DNA of 62,096 nt, counting the filler, from Sphacelaria rigidula (taxonomy: Eukaryota): assembly GCA_964200075.2 (NCBI GenBank). It is 9 parts of 9 records of this genome, joined end to end, with 100 filler letters (N's around TTAATTAATTAA, not from the genome) between each part and the next. Parts side by side here need not be neighbours in the genome. Positions count along the whole stretch, not along the records: positions 1 to 6,812 come from CAXNAA020017958.1; positions 6,913 to 13,723 come from CAXNAA020017959.1; 7 more parts are not named here. The stretch is one strand, 5' to 3'. Positions 1 through 11,120 of this stretch are shown here, piece by piece. Under the pieces are notes generated by a model. The model saw only the letters and a program-made list of their open reading frames with translations, was not told where the DNA came from and ran no database searches. The translations under genes were made by a program, and so were the position numbers. Numbering within the stretch: position 1 is the stretch's first letter; every line of letters starts with the position of its first letter.

Positions 1-51
1 CTACGGATGCGAGGGCCACCGTTACGTTAGCTCGGGCGGGCTAACGTAACG

Positions 52-165
52 GTGGCCCTCGCATCCGTAGGTAGCAGTACGAAGAAGGGCTACATGAGGC
101 AATTCGAGACATGGGTAGAATGGAGAGAAGCTCGAGGGGAGCTGGCCGCAGTGAACTTCCTCACT
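52..165 (+). mobile_element. Possible fragment of a tyrosine-recombinase N-terminal (core-binding) domain, DIRS/Ngaro/Crypton-like
   Basis: ALASVGSSTKKGYMRQFETWVEWREARG resembles the 'S.A.ST...Y...W..W..W' helix pattern at the start of YR domains. Short, with no catalytic residues visible. Confidence 0.3.
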
Positions 166-1083
166 ACGTTCATGGCGAGTAGTCACGCTTTATTTTCTTG
201 TGTCTTGTATTTTGTTTTGGATTTGTTTTGGAGTACTGTATTGGCTTGTGGTTTCGATTTTTCAAGTCTTGGTTACGCCTTTGGAAAATCCATACTTCTC
301 GAGCCTTGAACAAACATACTTTGCTGGGTACTCGCCATACAGGAGAACTTGACTGTCATGTGAAGATATCATATCGTATTAGGGGGTACGAATAGGGTAG
401 GGGTATATTGATACCAGGCTCTAGCAGATATCTTCTGGCGTGAGCTGCGCTTTGTACATGCAGTCATATGTTTGTGACGCATTCGAGGTCGAGAATTTTA
501 TCTCATTTTTTAATTTCATGTATTGAATGACAAATATCACGTACAGTGCAGATCCTCGTCCCCTTCTTGCGCTCAGTCATCGGTTAGCTGGGGTTCCGGG
601 GGGTTCTTGGTTCGATGATGACTGCTTTTTTCCACGCAGTTTCACTTGCGGGAGGTTTCCCCCACAACTATCTGAGCGGGATTAGCGCAAGGTGACGCGT
701 GCACACACACACGAGCGATGCGCATGAAGCCGCAGCGGTGCGCTTTTTGCCGTTACAAACCTGAGAGTCGGTCAGGGGTCCTGACTTGAGTAGGCTTTTG
801 TGTTGTGCATGCGTAAGAAGAAAACTCCGACCCGCTCGCTCACCCATGATGAACCCAGGCTGCTGCTCTCTTATGAGGCACAAGGTAAAACTTTGGGATT
901 TCGAGTTGGCGTCCACCTCTACAATGTCACCATTATCCAAGAACCTCGTGGTGCTGCCAAAGACCGTATTCTCGGAACAGTTGTTCTTCGGCACCTCGAG
1001 GGTTGAAGCGACATGTCCTGTCTTCCTGTATGTTTGCATGTCTGTTTCCGTTACCTCCTGTTGTTGTCGCTGTGAATATTCAG

Positions 1084-1179
1084 GCGGAGCAAACATGGAC
1101 GGGCATCCCAGTGGCCACAACGCAGGGCGAACAGAGCTACATTAAGGGAAACACCAAGTTCATGGCTGTGGCTGTTCAG
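1084..1179 (+). CDS. CORO: Coronin, internal exon (first exon not on this scaffold)
   Basis: cag|GCG...CAG|gtac, 96 nt. AEQTWTGIPVATTQGEQSYIKGNTKFMAVAVQ matches the coronin N-terminal 'YI.gNpKF.AV' segment and joins the next exon in phase 0. Confidence 0.85.
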
Positions 1180-1648
1180 GTACAAACAAGAAGGATGTTT
1201 TGACGCTACTGACTGCCTCAGTCGGCAAGGTATCCCAGTAAGCAAATAGTGTAGTGTTGGGTGGCGGAAGAAGGGACAGCGGCGAGGGGATATTGTTGTA
1301 CCAAGATAACACTAGGAAACCAGCCAGCCACGCCGCAATGTATCCTTCAATTTTTGGGGAGTTGGACAACTTTAGCCCGTGCCGTGCTCATCGTTGATTC
1401 GTTGTGGGAGCTGTTGTTTGTGTACGGCATTCGATAGCTTGGGTAAGCGCGCTCTCCGAACCACTTGTCCACCCTCAACAAGCCCTGGGCCGAAACATTC
1501 GTGATAGTCCAAGCCTCCCTTCCCCCTTCACGGACCACCCACCACTATGATCATCGGCATCACCACCGCCATACCCGCGGTTGGAGTACGCACTCCAGAG
1601 CCTCATGTCTCACTTTTCCGAATCATGATGGTATTGCCCGTATGTCCG

Positions 1649-1888
1649 ACAGCTCACGTGCTACCCACTATGAGAAATCGAAGCGGATTCTCAGATACCT
1701 TTTCGCAATAACATGAAATACGTGACAGCAGGGTCCGAGAGGCCATATCGCTACCGTTGCGTTACTCTGTGTGCTTGGCGTCCAGCGCTGAACGGAGCAC
1801 ATATGTAATCAGGGGCCAAATGAGCTGTTTTAGCTCATGATCCGGACGAGTATGCTGATGAGAATTTGGAGGTAGCTCATGAGCTGTC
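1649..1888. mobile_element. MITE-like element with ~17-bp TIRs
   Basis: acagctcacgtgctacc ... ggtagctcatgagctgt. Related ends or internal parts occur at ~21499-21563 and ~31020-31449. Confidence 0.5.
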
Positions 1889-1889
1889 C

Positions 1890-1890
<1 letters not shown>

Positions 1891-1920
<30 letters not shown>

Positions 1921-2003
1921 CTTCACATCAAAAACCGTTCCGATATATGCGCGACACATTCGTACTGGGCATCTGATGCGGACGCCTTCCGTGATCATAG
2001 GCG
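1891..2003 (-). mobile_element. 3' end of a retroposon with a (CAA)n tail (other copies ~26425-26570 '-' and ~55820-55920 '+')
   Basis: Shared core acggaaggcgtccgcatcagatgcccagt...gaagac followed by (caa)n or (cag/caa)n on three different scaffolds. Confidence 0.6.
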
Positions 2004-2484
2004 AGCAAAAAACAAAAAGACAAAATAGACCCAGATAAAAACTCACTAGTCCCACGTGTGATATTGGCAGCTGATGCCTTGGCATGCACTACCTGAGCAG
2101 ACTGCAGACAGCATCTTATATTTGTGGAACAAGTTGACGTACGCAGTCTTTGCAGCTGAAACAAGTTGTAACTCAGTTTTCGATGTGGCAATTGATCAGT
2201 GTCGTGTCAGCTGGCGGAAGTCTATACTGACCAGCCACCGGATGCAGCACTAGTGTGTGACTGTTTTTTCTTGTGGTGATCCGTTGCGTTTAGTTTCGTA
2301 CGGTGTTTTCCCCTCGTTTTGCTGGTCGGCTTGCTTGGGAAAATAAGTGAGATCATTATGAGCTGTTCCAAAATGATAGCAAGGTTGTTATTTTACCAGA
2401 AATATCCGCTCCCGCTAATGTGAGCGTGAGATACTCTTGTCTTCACCCCCTGCTTCCTGTTGAATAATGCGTTATCCTCCACAG

Positions 2485-2610
2485 GGAGGAGGTGGGCCGT
2501 TCGCGGTGCTGCCTTACAGCAAGCCGGGGAGGTTCGAACGTGGAGGACCATTGGTGTCTGGGCACACAGCCTCTGTGCTTGACTTCGACTTCAACCCGTT
2601 CCATGAGCAG
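2485..2610 (+). CDS. CORO: Coronin exon (WD40)
   Basis: cag|GGA...CAG|gtgc, 126 nt. GGGGPFAVLPYSKPGRFERGGPLVSGHTASVLDFDFNPFHEQ is a classic coronin signature. Confidence 0.95.
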
Positions 2611-3175
2611 GTGCCGTGCGTAGTACCAACATTTAAAGTACCCTCTGTGGCGTTCCGAGTTTTGCATGTTAGCAAGGGGAGCTGACTCCGTAAGGCTTCT
2701 CGTTAGAGTACTCTTTAGTCAAAGGTGTCGACTGTCGGAGAGAAAACTCCTCCCTCGTTTGAAAAGTGTAGGTGTCATTGCGGGGATGAGTTTGGACTCC
2801 AAGTTTCGACTGGGTTGAAGTCAAGCGGGTGCAGGTTGTTTTGGGGATGCCCGAGAATCGTCAAGTTCTTCTGTTCTTCGTTTGATCGGTGCGCTTCCCT
2901 CCCAGGGGTGCCGACCGAATGGTCGCCGTGTTTCGAGTCGATACAGGTATCTTTTTCTCCCGTCCCCTACAGTACAGTGATTCACTCGCCAATGCGCTGG
3001 TCCCCCATGACAAGTGCATGATTTTGAGTAAACCTATTACTGGGAAGAAGTGAGGATCGAAACATATTACACGATAAATTCACGTGTGATGCGTAGAATA
3101 TTGCTGGTATGACCGCGGGGGAAGTCACCCAACCCCATCTCCTGCGCCTGCATCTGTGTGCATTTTTGAGTTCAG

Positions 3176-3336
3176 CTCGTGGCGAGCTGCTCGGAGGACT
3201 GCACGGTGAAGGTGTGGGGTATTCCTGACGAGGGTTTCACCGAGACGGAGACGGAGTCGCTCATCACTCTCAGTGGACACGGCCGGAAGGTCACACTTAT
3301 GCGCTTCCACCCCACCGCGAGCAACGTGCTGGCAAG
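3176..3336 (+). CDS. CORO: Coronin exon (WD40)
   Basis: cag|CTC...AG|gtgt. LVASCSEDCTVKVWGIPDEGFTETETESLITLSGHGRKVTLMRFHPTASNVLA; ends in phase 2. Confidence 0.95.
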
Positions 3337-3360
3337 GTGTGCGCAGTTACGTAGTTGTGT

Positions 3361-3431
3361 GGGGGGGCGTACTCATTTTTTGCTTGCCTTGGCTGTTTGT
3401 CCATTGACCACGCATCCCTCTCGAAACGGAT
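3361..3431 (-). mobile_element. 5'-truncated copy of the C-ended LINE, subfamily A, in a coronin intron
   Basis: Reverse complement reads ccgtttcgagagggatgcgtggtcaatggacaaacagccaaggcaagcaaaaaatgagtacgccccccc, the same as the 3' end of the LINE at 19930-20634. Confidence 0.8.
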
Positions 3432-3601
3432 CATTGTGTTCGGGCTGGGAGGGGGGGGGGGGGGGGGGGGCGGCCAAAAAATGGTTTCCGGGGGAAAACC
3501 CCATCCTGGGGGGGGTTGCCCCCCCCGCGGGGGGGGGGGGNNNNNNNNNNGTTTGCGTCGGGGGGGTGCGCGGAGCTGGAGCCCGGTGCGAGAGGGGTGG
3601 T

Positions 3602-3638
<37 letters not shown>

Positions 3639-4580
3639 TGCCAAATACTAGTGCTACTGTGGAAATCACATCCTGTGGTAGGTTGCCGCCACGGCATGAC
3701 GGTGCTAGGGGAGGACCCCACATTCTCTGGGAGAGGTTCGCCACACATGTGACTCGTTCTTTTCTTCGGGACGCGTCAGTAGTCTGCAGGGATTATCAAC
3801 CCTTCTCCGTCCCCGGTATATGCATGATTTTTTTGCACTCGAGGATTGGATCATGACGTTCGTACCCTGTCGACTCTCGTCGATTTTGCTTGGCCACCCG
3901 CGTACTCACTCCTCATCCGATAGAAACATTGATTTCCTTACAAAGACGGTATCCGTCGGAATTCGAGTTCGCACACTTCCGCTCGCGCCGGCTGTGGATG
4001 CGCCCACTTGAGCCACCGCTGAGTAGAATGACGTGCTCACAGATTCTATAGTGGATCGGACTTGCGACAAGTGATTTGGACTGCACTATGATTGACCACA
4101 AATCACTCCATCTCGTTTTAAAAATAAAAAAAATGATTTAACCTACCAGGACAAGAATCTACTTTTACACCTAAACTTGGAATAGCCCAAGAGTGAAGAC
4201 CACCCAAAGCTTTACTGCTTTACATGCCTTAGAGGTGGAACCGCTACTCGCGCGTGCTCGGGCGAGGGGTACTATTTGATGTACATAATGCGTTTCGAAC
4301 AAAACGATGTGGGCCCATGGTGGGCCTCCGACTCCTTGAGAGGAATTGTCAATGCTTATCTTAGTTTCACTCACGTTCGCTGGACTTTGGTAGACTTCGG
4401 GAGAAGAAAGATATGTATATATGTACGCGGTCTGTTCTGGCAATGGTGCTGTTCGACCATCATCTTTGCCCCATCTTTCGTCAGGCACTTGAAACTTGAA
4501 TTCATGCCATCGAGCGCTGCCCTTTCTCCGAGCGAGTCTGTAGTCGAAGTGTCAACGTACATATATCCCTGCGGGAAAAC

Positions 4581-4897
4581 GCCACCGCGCCCCGGTAGTG
4601 TAATGGTCCGATTGACGCCATAAGGGTGGAGAGAACGAGGGCTCAATTCTCGATGCGTTAGGTTTATTCTTCGTGATGTCTTATTTCCACCGTGGAAAGC
4701 GTGAGGACGTGAGTAAACAGAGCAGTCGACTGAGTTTGTTTGACGTGAATTGAAGCGGTGCAAGAGAGCTGATAGTCATGACCCAATCCGCGAGACCAAG
4801 ATGCAAGGCGTGTACCGGGGGAGAGATGAGTTGATTCCTTGAGACCACGGACTCGTCCCGTGGAAGGGGAGGGGTTCAAAGTGCGACAACAAAAAAT
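4581..4897 (+). mobile_element. tRNA-derived SINE (diverged copy)
   Basis: Colinear over ~310 bp with 9964-10278. A box tagtgtaatgg, decayed B box, A-rich end. Confidence 0.65.
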
Positions 4898-5143
4898 GAA
4901 GATGAGTCAATCATGACTATCGACTACAAGCCAGCGCCCCTTCGGTGCTAGAGATCTACTGCCCAAGACTTGCTTTCCCCCTCACCCTCCGACCCGACCT
5001 GTCCGCTTCGATCGGTTGTCGACCAACCGTTCACTGCCTTGAAATGGATCTGATTATTGAAAAACGCGGATGGTTACCCTCCATGATATGCTTATCTATC
5101 ATGAAGGTATCCCTTGTGTCCAAACCTACAACCAACCCTACTC

Positions 5144-5202
<59 letters not shown>

Positions 5203-5268
5203 TTCGCCTTTTTCCTCTCGCTTCTTCTTCCGTCCACTTCGTGGATCATGACCGCAATCTGAAACTAG

Positions 5269-5452
5269 CGTGAGCGCGGACATGACCGTGAAGCTGTGGG
5301 ACATCGAGAAAGGGATGAACATCAACACGCTGAGTGCCCACGAGCAGTTGATCCAGGATATCGTGTGGGACTACTACGGCACCACGTACGCGACTTCGTG
5401 CAAGGACAAATGCGCCAGGATCATTGACGCGCGGTCACCGCAAGTGGCACAG
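5269..5452 (+). CDS. CORO: Coronin exon (WD40), probable GC donor
   Basis: tag|C completes Ser. VSADMTVKLWDIEKGMNINTLSAHEQLIQDIVWDYYGTTYATSCKDKCARIIDARSPQVAQ; donor CAG|gcaagt. Confidence 0.92.
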
Positions 5453-6314
5453 GCAAGTTTTTTCTTCGCTTTTCTCACCATCGGGTTGGTTCCGGTTTGT
5501 TTGCACTCTCGTCAACCCTCTCGGGTCTCTCACAGCCTGTCGTCCGTGTCCTCCTTCCTCGATGACGGCATTCCTTTCACACACGGTAGACCTCCAATGT
5601 TGAAGAAAACATGACTAGCAAAACTACATTTGCTAGTACGCTGAATCATCACTCTGGAAGCAACCAGTTTTTCATGTTTGTTATATTGCAGGTTGTTGTA
5701 CTACTACCCACACTTACAACCACTCAGGACTCATGATTCGCGTCCCATCAGTCACTCGGGGAAATGTGGACATATTGGATTCGCATCCTGCGAGTCATTT
5801 GTGGGAAACACGGACGAGTCTGACTTTGATTAATCGAATCTCGGGGAAAATGAGGATGGGTTTGACTTGAGTCCTGCGGTCATTCGGGAGAACGACGATG
5901 AGTCCCACTTGAGTCCTGCACTTTTTCCGTTTTTCTGGTGGGTAGCAGGCAGGACTTGTAGGACTTAGGTCTCACGAGTCGGTCGAAAAAATTATCACTC
6001 GTGACCTCGATGAGTCCGAGTCCCCCGTCAGACTGGGGGTCTTTCCCATGTGTGGCACCACCGGTTTAGGTATTTGTTCAAGTGCGTGATATGTAGATCC
6101 TCGTGTGACTCGACAGGCATCGCCGTCTGGGTTTCGGTAACAGTGAAAAGCAAGGCGTTTTGCTTGAATCGTTTACATTTGGATAAAAATATGCCTTACT
6201 TGACTTCATTTTTTTTTCCGTCTTCTGCGCGCGTTCCGGGGGGGTTGGGGGGATTCAACGGGACCTGGGTGGGGGGATTGCTTTTTCTCAATGTTGTCGC
6301 CATCATGGATTCAG

Positions 6315-6486
6315 CAAGTGAGCATGGTGCACGAGGGCGCCCGATCTTCGAAGTTGACGTTCCTGGGCACCAAGGAGAAGCTGGTTAGCGTGGGCTTCAC
6401 CAAGCAAAGCCAGCGGCAGTTCAAGGTGTGGGATCCGCGAAACCTGACGAAGGAGGTGAAGAGGATGGATATCGATCAGGCGGCGG
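6315..6486 (+). CDS. CORO: Coronin exon; gene continues beyond the scaffold end
   Basis: cag|CAA...G|gtaag. QVSMVHEGARSSKLTFLGTKEKLVSVGFTKQSQRQFKVWDPRNLTKEVKRMDIDQAAG. Confidence 0.93.
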
Positions 6487-6812
6487 GTAAGAGGAGGGTT
6501 TGACTCATCTACTAGGGTGTACCGTGCCGTCTGGGAGGAAGGAGAGGGGAAGAAAGTAGTAGGGGTATTATGGATTGTAACAACTCTTTCCGAAGCAAGA
6601 GCTGCTGAAAACGCTGGCTTCAGCGTAATTGAGAGTTGTGTCTTGTCCCAGTGCGCGGCTGGTGATACAGTACTAACACGCTGGCCGGAGAAAGTTATGA
6701 CGTCTGGGAAGGAGGGTTCGTACCTACAACCCTCGGGAAAGGTAGGCCACAACAGCCCATTTCGCCCAGAAACGCACCGGGGGGGGGGGGGTGTACACGT
6801 AATCATGCATGT

Positions 6813-6912
6813 NNNNNNNNNNNNNNNNNNNNNNNNNNNNNNNNNNNNNNNNNNNNTTAATTAATTAANNNNNNNNNNNNNNNNNNNNNNNNNNNNNNNN
6901 NNNNNNNNNNNN
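6813..6912. other. Artificial scaffold linker N44-TTAATTAATTAA-N44 (also at 13724-13823, 20635-20734, 27546-27645, 34457-34556, 41367-41466, 48277-48376, 55187-55286)
   Basis: Eight identical 100-nt linkers with stops in all six frames. They separate pieces of 6812, 6811 (x4) and 6810 (x4) bp, i.e. size-sorted scaffolds. Confidence 0.97.
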
Positions 6913-6995
6913 ACCCTTGTCTCTTTTTTTTTTTTTTTGCTTGTCCCCACCTCTCCGCCACGTTCCCCCCCCCCCCCCCCCCCCTGCAAGGGTTT

Positions 6996-7253
6996 CACGG
7001 CACGGACGAATCATCGCTGCTTCGAATAACCAAATCTACGGCACCTGTGGCCTGATTGATCGAAAGAGAGGATACATTTGATCGCGAGACATGACATTCC
7101 TCGTGCATTTTTTTTTTCATTCCACGTGGCTTGGGCACGCGTATCTGTGGTGCAACGCTGAAAACAAAGCCCACGGGATGATTCGTACGGTACGAATCGA
7201 TAACACTAGAAGTAAGTTATTTTTAGACGAATCATTATTTCGTCCGACCGTTG
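6996..7253 (+). mobile_element. 258-bp hAT-type MITE (diverged copy)
   Basis: Same length as, and colinear with, 9073-9330 and 25502-25759. Confidence 0.75.
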
Positions 7254-8485
7254 TATGGTTAACGCAATCGTATAAACAGGTCTCACAATATTTTTCTTAG
7301 GTGCCCCAGGCGATCAGGGCAGGTTTTCCCCAAACGGGGCGTCCTGAACAAGAAACAAACAGATGCCATTGCCACCGGGAAAGAAAAACAAAGCTGTTTC
7401 GCGAGCGAAGGTATGCATTTCAAGCAGAAATCTGTAGCCAGACTTACACGTGTAACTCACAGCCACCAGAGCGTTCGTGAGAGCTGAACGAGGAGGAGGA
7501 ACACTCTAGAAGTCGTCGTAGTTGAACGTGGAAGAGCCGGCGGGGCCACGCATGGGCCGTGGCCACAAGGAGCCACAACACCCGTGACTGACTTGTCTAC
7601 GCTGTAGCTGTCCCGTTATGTACTGTCTTGTGCTTTTCCACACATCCAGCAGTTGGCAGGTCATGCACGAACCCTAATCCTTACCCTAACCCTAACTGCA
7701 ATCCTCTCCTGCCGTCTGCGGCATCATGACTCTCGGGGGCTCACTCTCCAGCACGAGCAAAATGATCCCTCATTTTGTAGACTGTGTGTACGTCAATCCC
7801 GTGGGCAGCAACACACATGCAAATTTGTCGAGGGTGAACTCTCCGTGAAAAACCGAAACCGCATGCAGTACATACATAGGCTGGCAGCAAGCAAGACCTA
7901 CGCCATTCGCTCGCCTTTCGCTTGTTTCCTTTTTTGCTTTGCTCAGTATTGCAGCACCCTCAGAGGCGAGGGTGGCCTCGATACCGGGTAGCACAGCTAG
8001 TTCCCAGTATCAACCGCGATATATTTTCAGTGTGAGGAAATTCGGCAAAGAAAATACCCTCATGTAGGCAGTGTGTAGTGTGGTGAGATTTTGAATTCTC
8101 AGCAGTGATGTACGTCAATATATGGCGTCATCGACACACGCGTTGGAAGATATCCCCCGTCAATGAATTTTGGCGCAAAACTAGCTTTTCCAACGCGCCC
8201 ACATTTTCCGGCGGGTCCCGTGCGGTTTACGAGATGTGCAATGTTTTTGTTCCGGGAGGTACCCTCTGCAGCAACTGTCACCACTTCACCACGGACATCC
8301 TGCGGAAGACCCGCCGCCGAAGTGGGGTTCAATCGAGAACTCCGTCGATTTCCGGAAAGGTGTCTGAAGTCTGCTCAATTCGTGTGCACGGGAAAGTTCT
8401 TCATGGAAAATAGTCGATATCTGATAGCTGCTACCGCCACAGAGACCGCTCATTTATAAGAGTCCGAAATTGTTTCCCCCGCATC

Positions 8486-8636
8486 GCTCCGTCTCGAAAG
8501 GGATGCGTGGTCAATGGTCAAACGACTAAGGCAAGCAACAAATGAGTACCCCCCCTGCTCCGTCTCGAAGGGGCGGCGTGGTCAATGGTCAAACGACTAA
8601 GGCAAGCAACAAATGAGTACGCCCCCCCCCCCTCCC
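8486..8636 (+). mobile_element. Two head-to-tail copies of the C-ended LINE 3' end, subfamily A
   Basis: gctccgtctcgaa...aaggcaagcaacaaatgagtac(g)ccccc at 8486-8555 and 8557-8636. Confidence 0.85.
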
Positions 8637-9072
8637 AGGGGAGCTGTGCACGGTAGGCCTCGCCAGAAGCAGTAATATTATCCGGCGTTTTGGCCTCATC
8701 TCTCTTCGAAACTAAGCTCGTTACTGATCCCCCCCGAGGGTAGCGTCCTATACGTACAAGATTAGAATTTTGCCGAAAAAAATGGACCAACAAAAAAGAT
8801 GTAGTGAAGAAAACAGCACCTTCTGTTCACTACTGTTTACTGAGGTACGCAATCTATCTATGCGTCGTGAAAAATGCTACGCCTCTGTGAGTATTGTTGA
8901 CGCTCCTGGTCTCCCTCCAGGGGTTGCGCTTCTGCAGCAAACCCCCGCAGGCCATCCTTAACACCTAGACAGTAGCAATAACATGATGCCATTGAAAAAT
9001 AACTGTACCATGTGTACATTTGGTGGATAACGACCCACCCCGTACGTCGTAATATGTATGTATCAATTAATT

Positions 9073-9330
9073 CACGGTTAGGACGAATCATCACGGGTTC
9101 GAATCACCGAATCCACGATTTCTTCGGCCTGATTTCCCAAAAGGGAGAAAAAAGTTGACCGCAGGACCAAGGGATATCCACGCAACTTTTCCGCCATTTC
9201 ACGTGTCTGGGCTGCGTGTACCTGGCTTGCAACGCTGAAAACAAAGCCTAGGGATTGATTCGTACGATTCGGATCAATTACACTAAAACCAAGTAATTCA
9301 CAGACGAATCATTGATTTGTCCGACCCTTG
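9073..9330 (+). mobile_element. 258-bp hAT-type MITE
   Basis: Imperfect TIRs cacggttaggacgaatca / tgatttgtccgacccttg. Flanks aattaatt/aatttact (6/8 match, decayed 8-bp TSD). Partial copy at 34388-34456. Confidence 0.8.
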
Positions 9331-9963
9331 AATTTACTTGTCTGGTAATCAGTGTCAGTACATGGCACAGTGATAACGTTGACCAATGTACATTCGCCTG
9401 ACTCAACAACCCTGACCAATATGCACCGGCTTGAGTCAACGACCCTAGTTGTGTGATACACGTATTTTTGTCGTCTTCTATTGGGAACGCGAGTTTCAGG
9501 AAACGTTTCTCGAGGGACGACGTTTTCCCGCCCAAATGCTGTCTCTTCATAAACCAAGGAGGACGTCACTTCTTCACCTCCCCCCCTCCTAAACTGACTT
9601 TGGGCGTAGAAATGCTGTAAGGCTGACCCCTCTTTAATTCTCAATACTTCTCATGTTTTTCGTGTCGTGATGCCGAGTAAACCCGGAGCTACCCGAAGAG
9701 GTTCGGGAGTACTCCTTATGCCAATGGGGACACAACTGCCCATTCTAATCAATGTCGGTAGGGTTCACCGCGAGGGATATCTATGCACTTCAAGGTGGCG
9801 AGATACCACCAGGTATACCTTTTTCCTTACATTTACCTACTAGCATGAAAGGAAGACGCACATCCCTGAAGTAATTTCTCCACTCTTGCGGAATCCTAAG
9901 GTCACCCGCGATCAGTTCGTTCAACGACCGAGGGTGGATGTCGAAATATGTTTGCAGAGATGA

Positions 9964-10278
9964 GCCACCGTTCCCCGGTAGTGTGATGGTCCGACTGTCG
10001 CCATTAGGGTGGTAAGGGTAAGGGTTCGATTCCCGATGCGTTTTTTTTTTTTTTTCGCAGTATCTGATTTCCACCGTGGAAAGCGTGAGAGCGTGAGAAA
10101 CCGAAATAGTTGACTGAGTTTGTTGGACGTGAGTTGACGCGTTGCGGGAGTGCTGATAGTCATGACCCAATCCGCGAGACCAAAATGCAAGGCGTGTACC
10201 GGGGAGAGAAGGGTTTATCCCCTAAGACCACAGAGTCGTCTCGAGGAAGGGGAGGGGTTCAAAGCGCGAGAAATAAAT
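9964..10278 (+). mobile_element. tRNA-derived SINE
   Basis: Pol III A box TAGTGTGATGG (9979-9989), B box GGTTCGATTCC (10023-10033), conserved body, A-rich tail, second copy at 4581-4897. Confidence 0.7.
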
Positions 10279-10799
10279 CACAAATACATATACAAAATAC
10301 GAATAAGGTACCGTAGTCCTCTCTTGCCGGTCGTCATACGTCAGGCAATCTAACGAATGACAGATGGCTTTTTTTTTTGTCACATTTTATTTTGGAGATG
10401 ACAATAGCAACGTCTTGACTTTTCAAGACTTGGGCATGTATTCTTGTCTGAACAGTATCCAAGAGGAACTGAAAGTACCCTCCTTTCATCCCCCCGGCGC
10501 GCGCGCGCGTGTGTGGGTCCTATCTACTCGAATAAGCATCGTTTTCGCTCATCAACTGACTTTCAGACTCAGAGGTCCACCTGCGTAGCGCTCACACTTC
10601 AAAACAGTTCCCATTGAAGATAACGTTTGTGATTTACCTTCCCCTTTCATCACCCACAACCCCCTCCCCCCGCCCGCCCGCCCCCCNNNNNNNNNNGTCC
10701 CCCTGCGTAGGCCCCCTCCTTCAAAAAAATTCCCCTTAAAGATAACGTTTTTGTTTTTCCCTCCCCCCCCCCCCCCCCCCCCCCCACCCCCGCTCACAG

Positions 10800-11015
10800 G
10801 TGGAGTCCAACATCGTCCGCTGCCCGGACCCAGAAGCCGCGGAGAGGATGATCGGCCGCATCGACCAGATCCGAAAGACGGGAGACTCGATCGGTGGGGT
10901 GGTCGAGTGCGTAGCGAGGAACGTGCCCTCCGGCCTGGGGTCCCCGGTCTTTGACAAGCTGGAGGCGGAGCTGGCCAAGGCGTGCATGTCTCTGCCAGCG
11001 AGCAAGGGATTCGAG
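10800..11015 (+). CDS. aroC: Chorismate synthase, internal exon
   Basis: cag|GTG...GAG|gtgaa, 216 nt. [72 protein letters not shown] contains the GDS.GG and GLG.PVFDKL motifs. Confidence 0.96.
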
Positions 11016-11044
11016 GTGAAATATCCTGGTTTCTGTCTCAAGCC

Positions 11045-11120
11045 GGTAGCCCCGGTGACTCAGTTGTTAACTTCGAAACCTCTTGACGGTTGGGTCGCGG
11101 GTTTGAATCTCGGAGCGATC
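11045..11120 (+). mobile_element. tRNA-like SINE head (related copy ~55385-55455 on '-')
   Basis: A-box-like tgactcagttg and B-box-like ggtttgaatct. The related copy has gagttcgaatcc. No complete cloverleaf. Confidence 0.4.

Noticed and set aside
3297-3856. Poly-Pro/poly-Gly ORFs (also near 5100, 10750, 44300-45200)
   Set aside because: They are translations of intronic poly-C/G tracts containing N gaps, not formin- or extensin-like proteins.
7670-7697. Telomere (CCCTAA-like units; also 47294-47328)
   Set aside because: Only 3-5 degenerate internal units.
10800-11015. Bacterial contamination or recent HGT of aroC
   Set aside because: The segment is bounded by spliceosomal AG/GT sites, and the shikimate pathway is native to algae.
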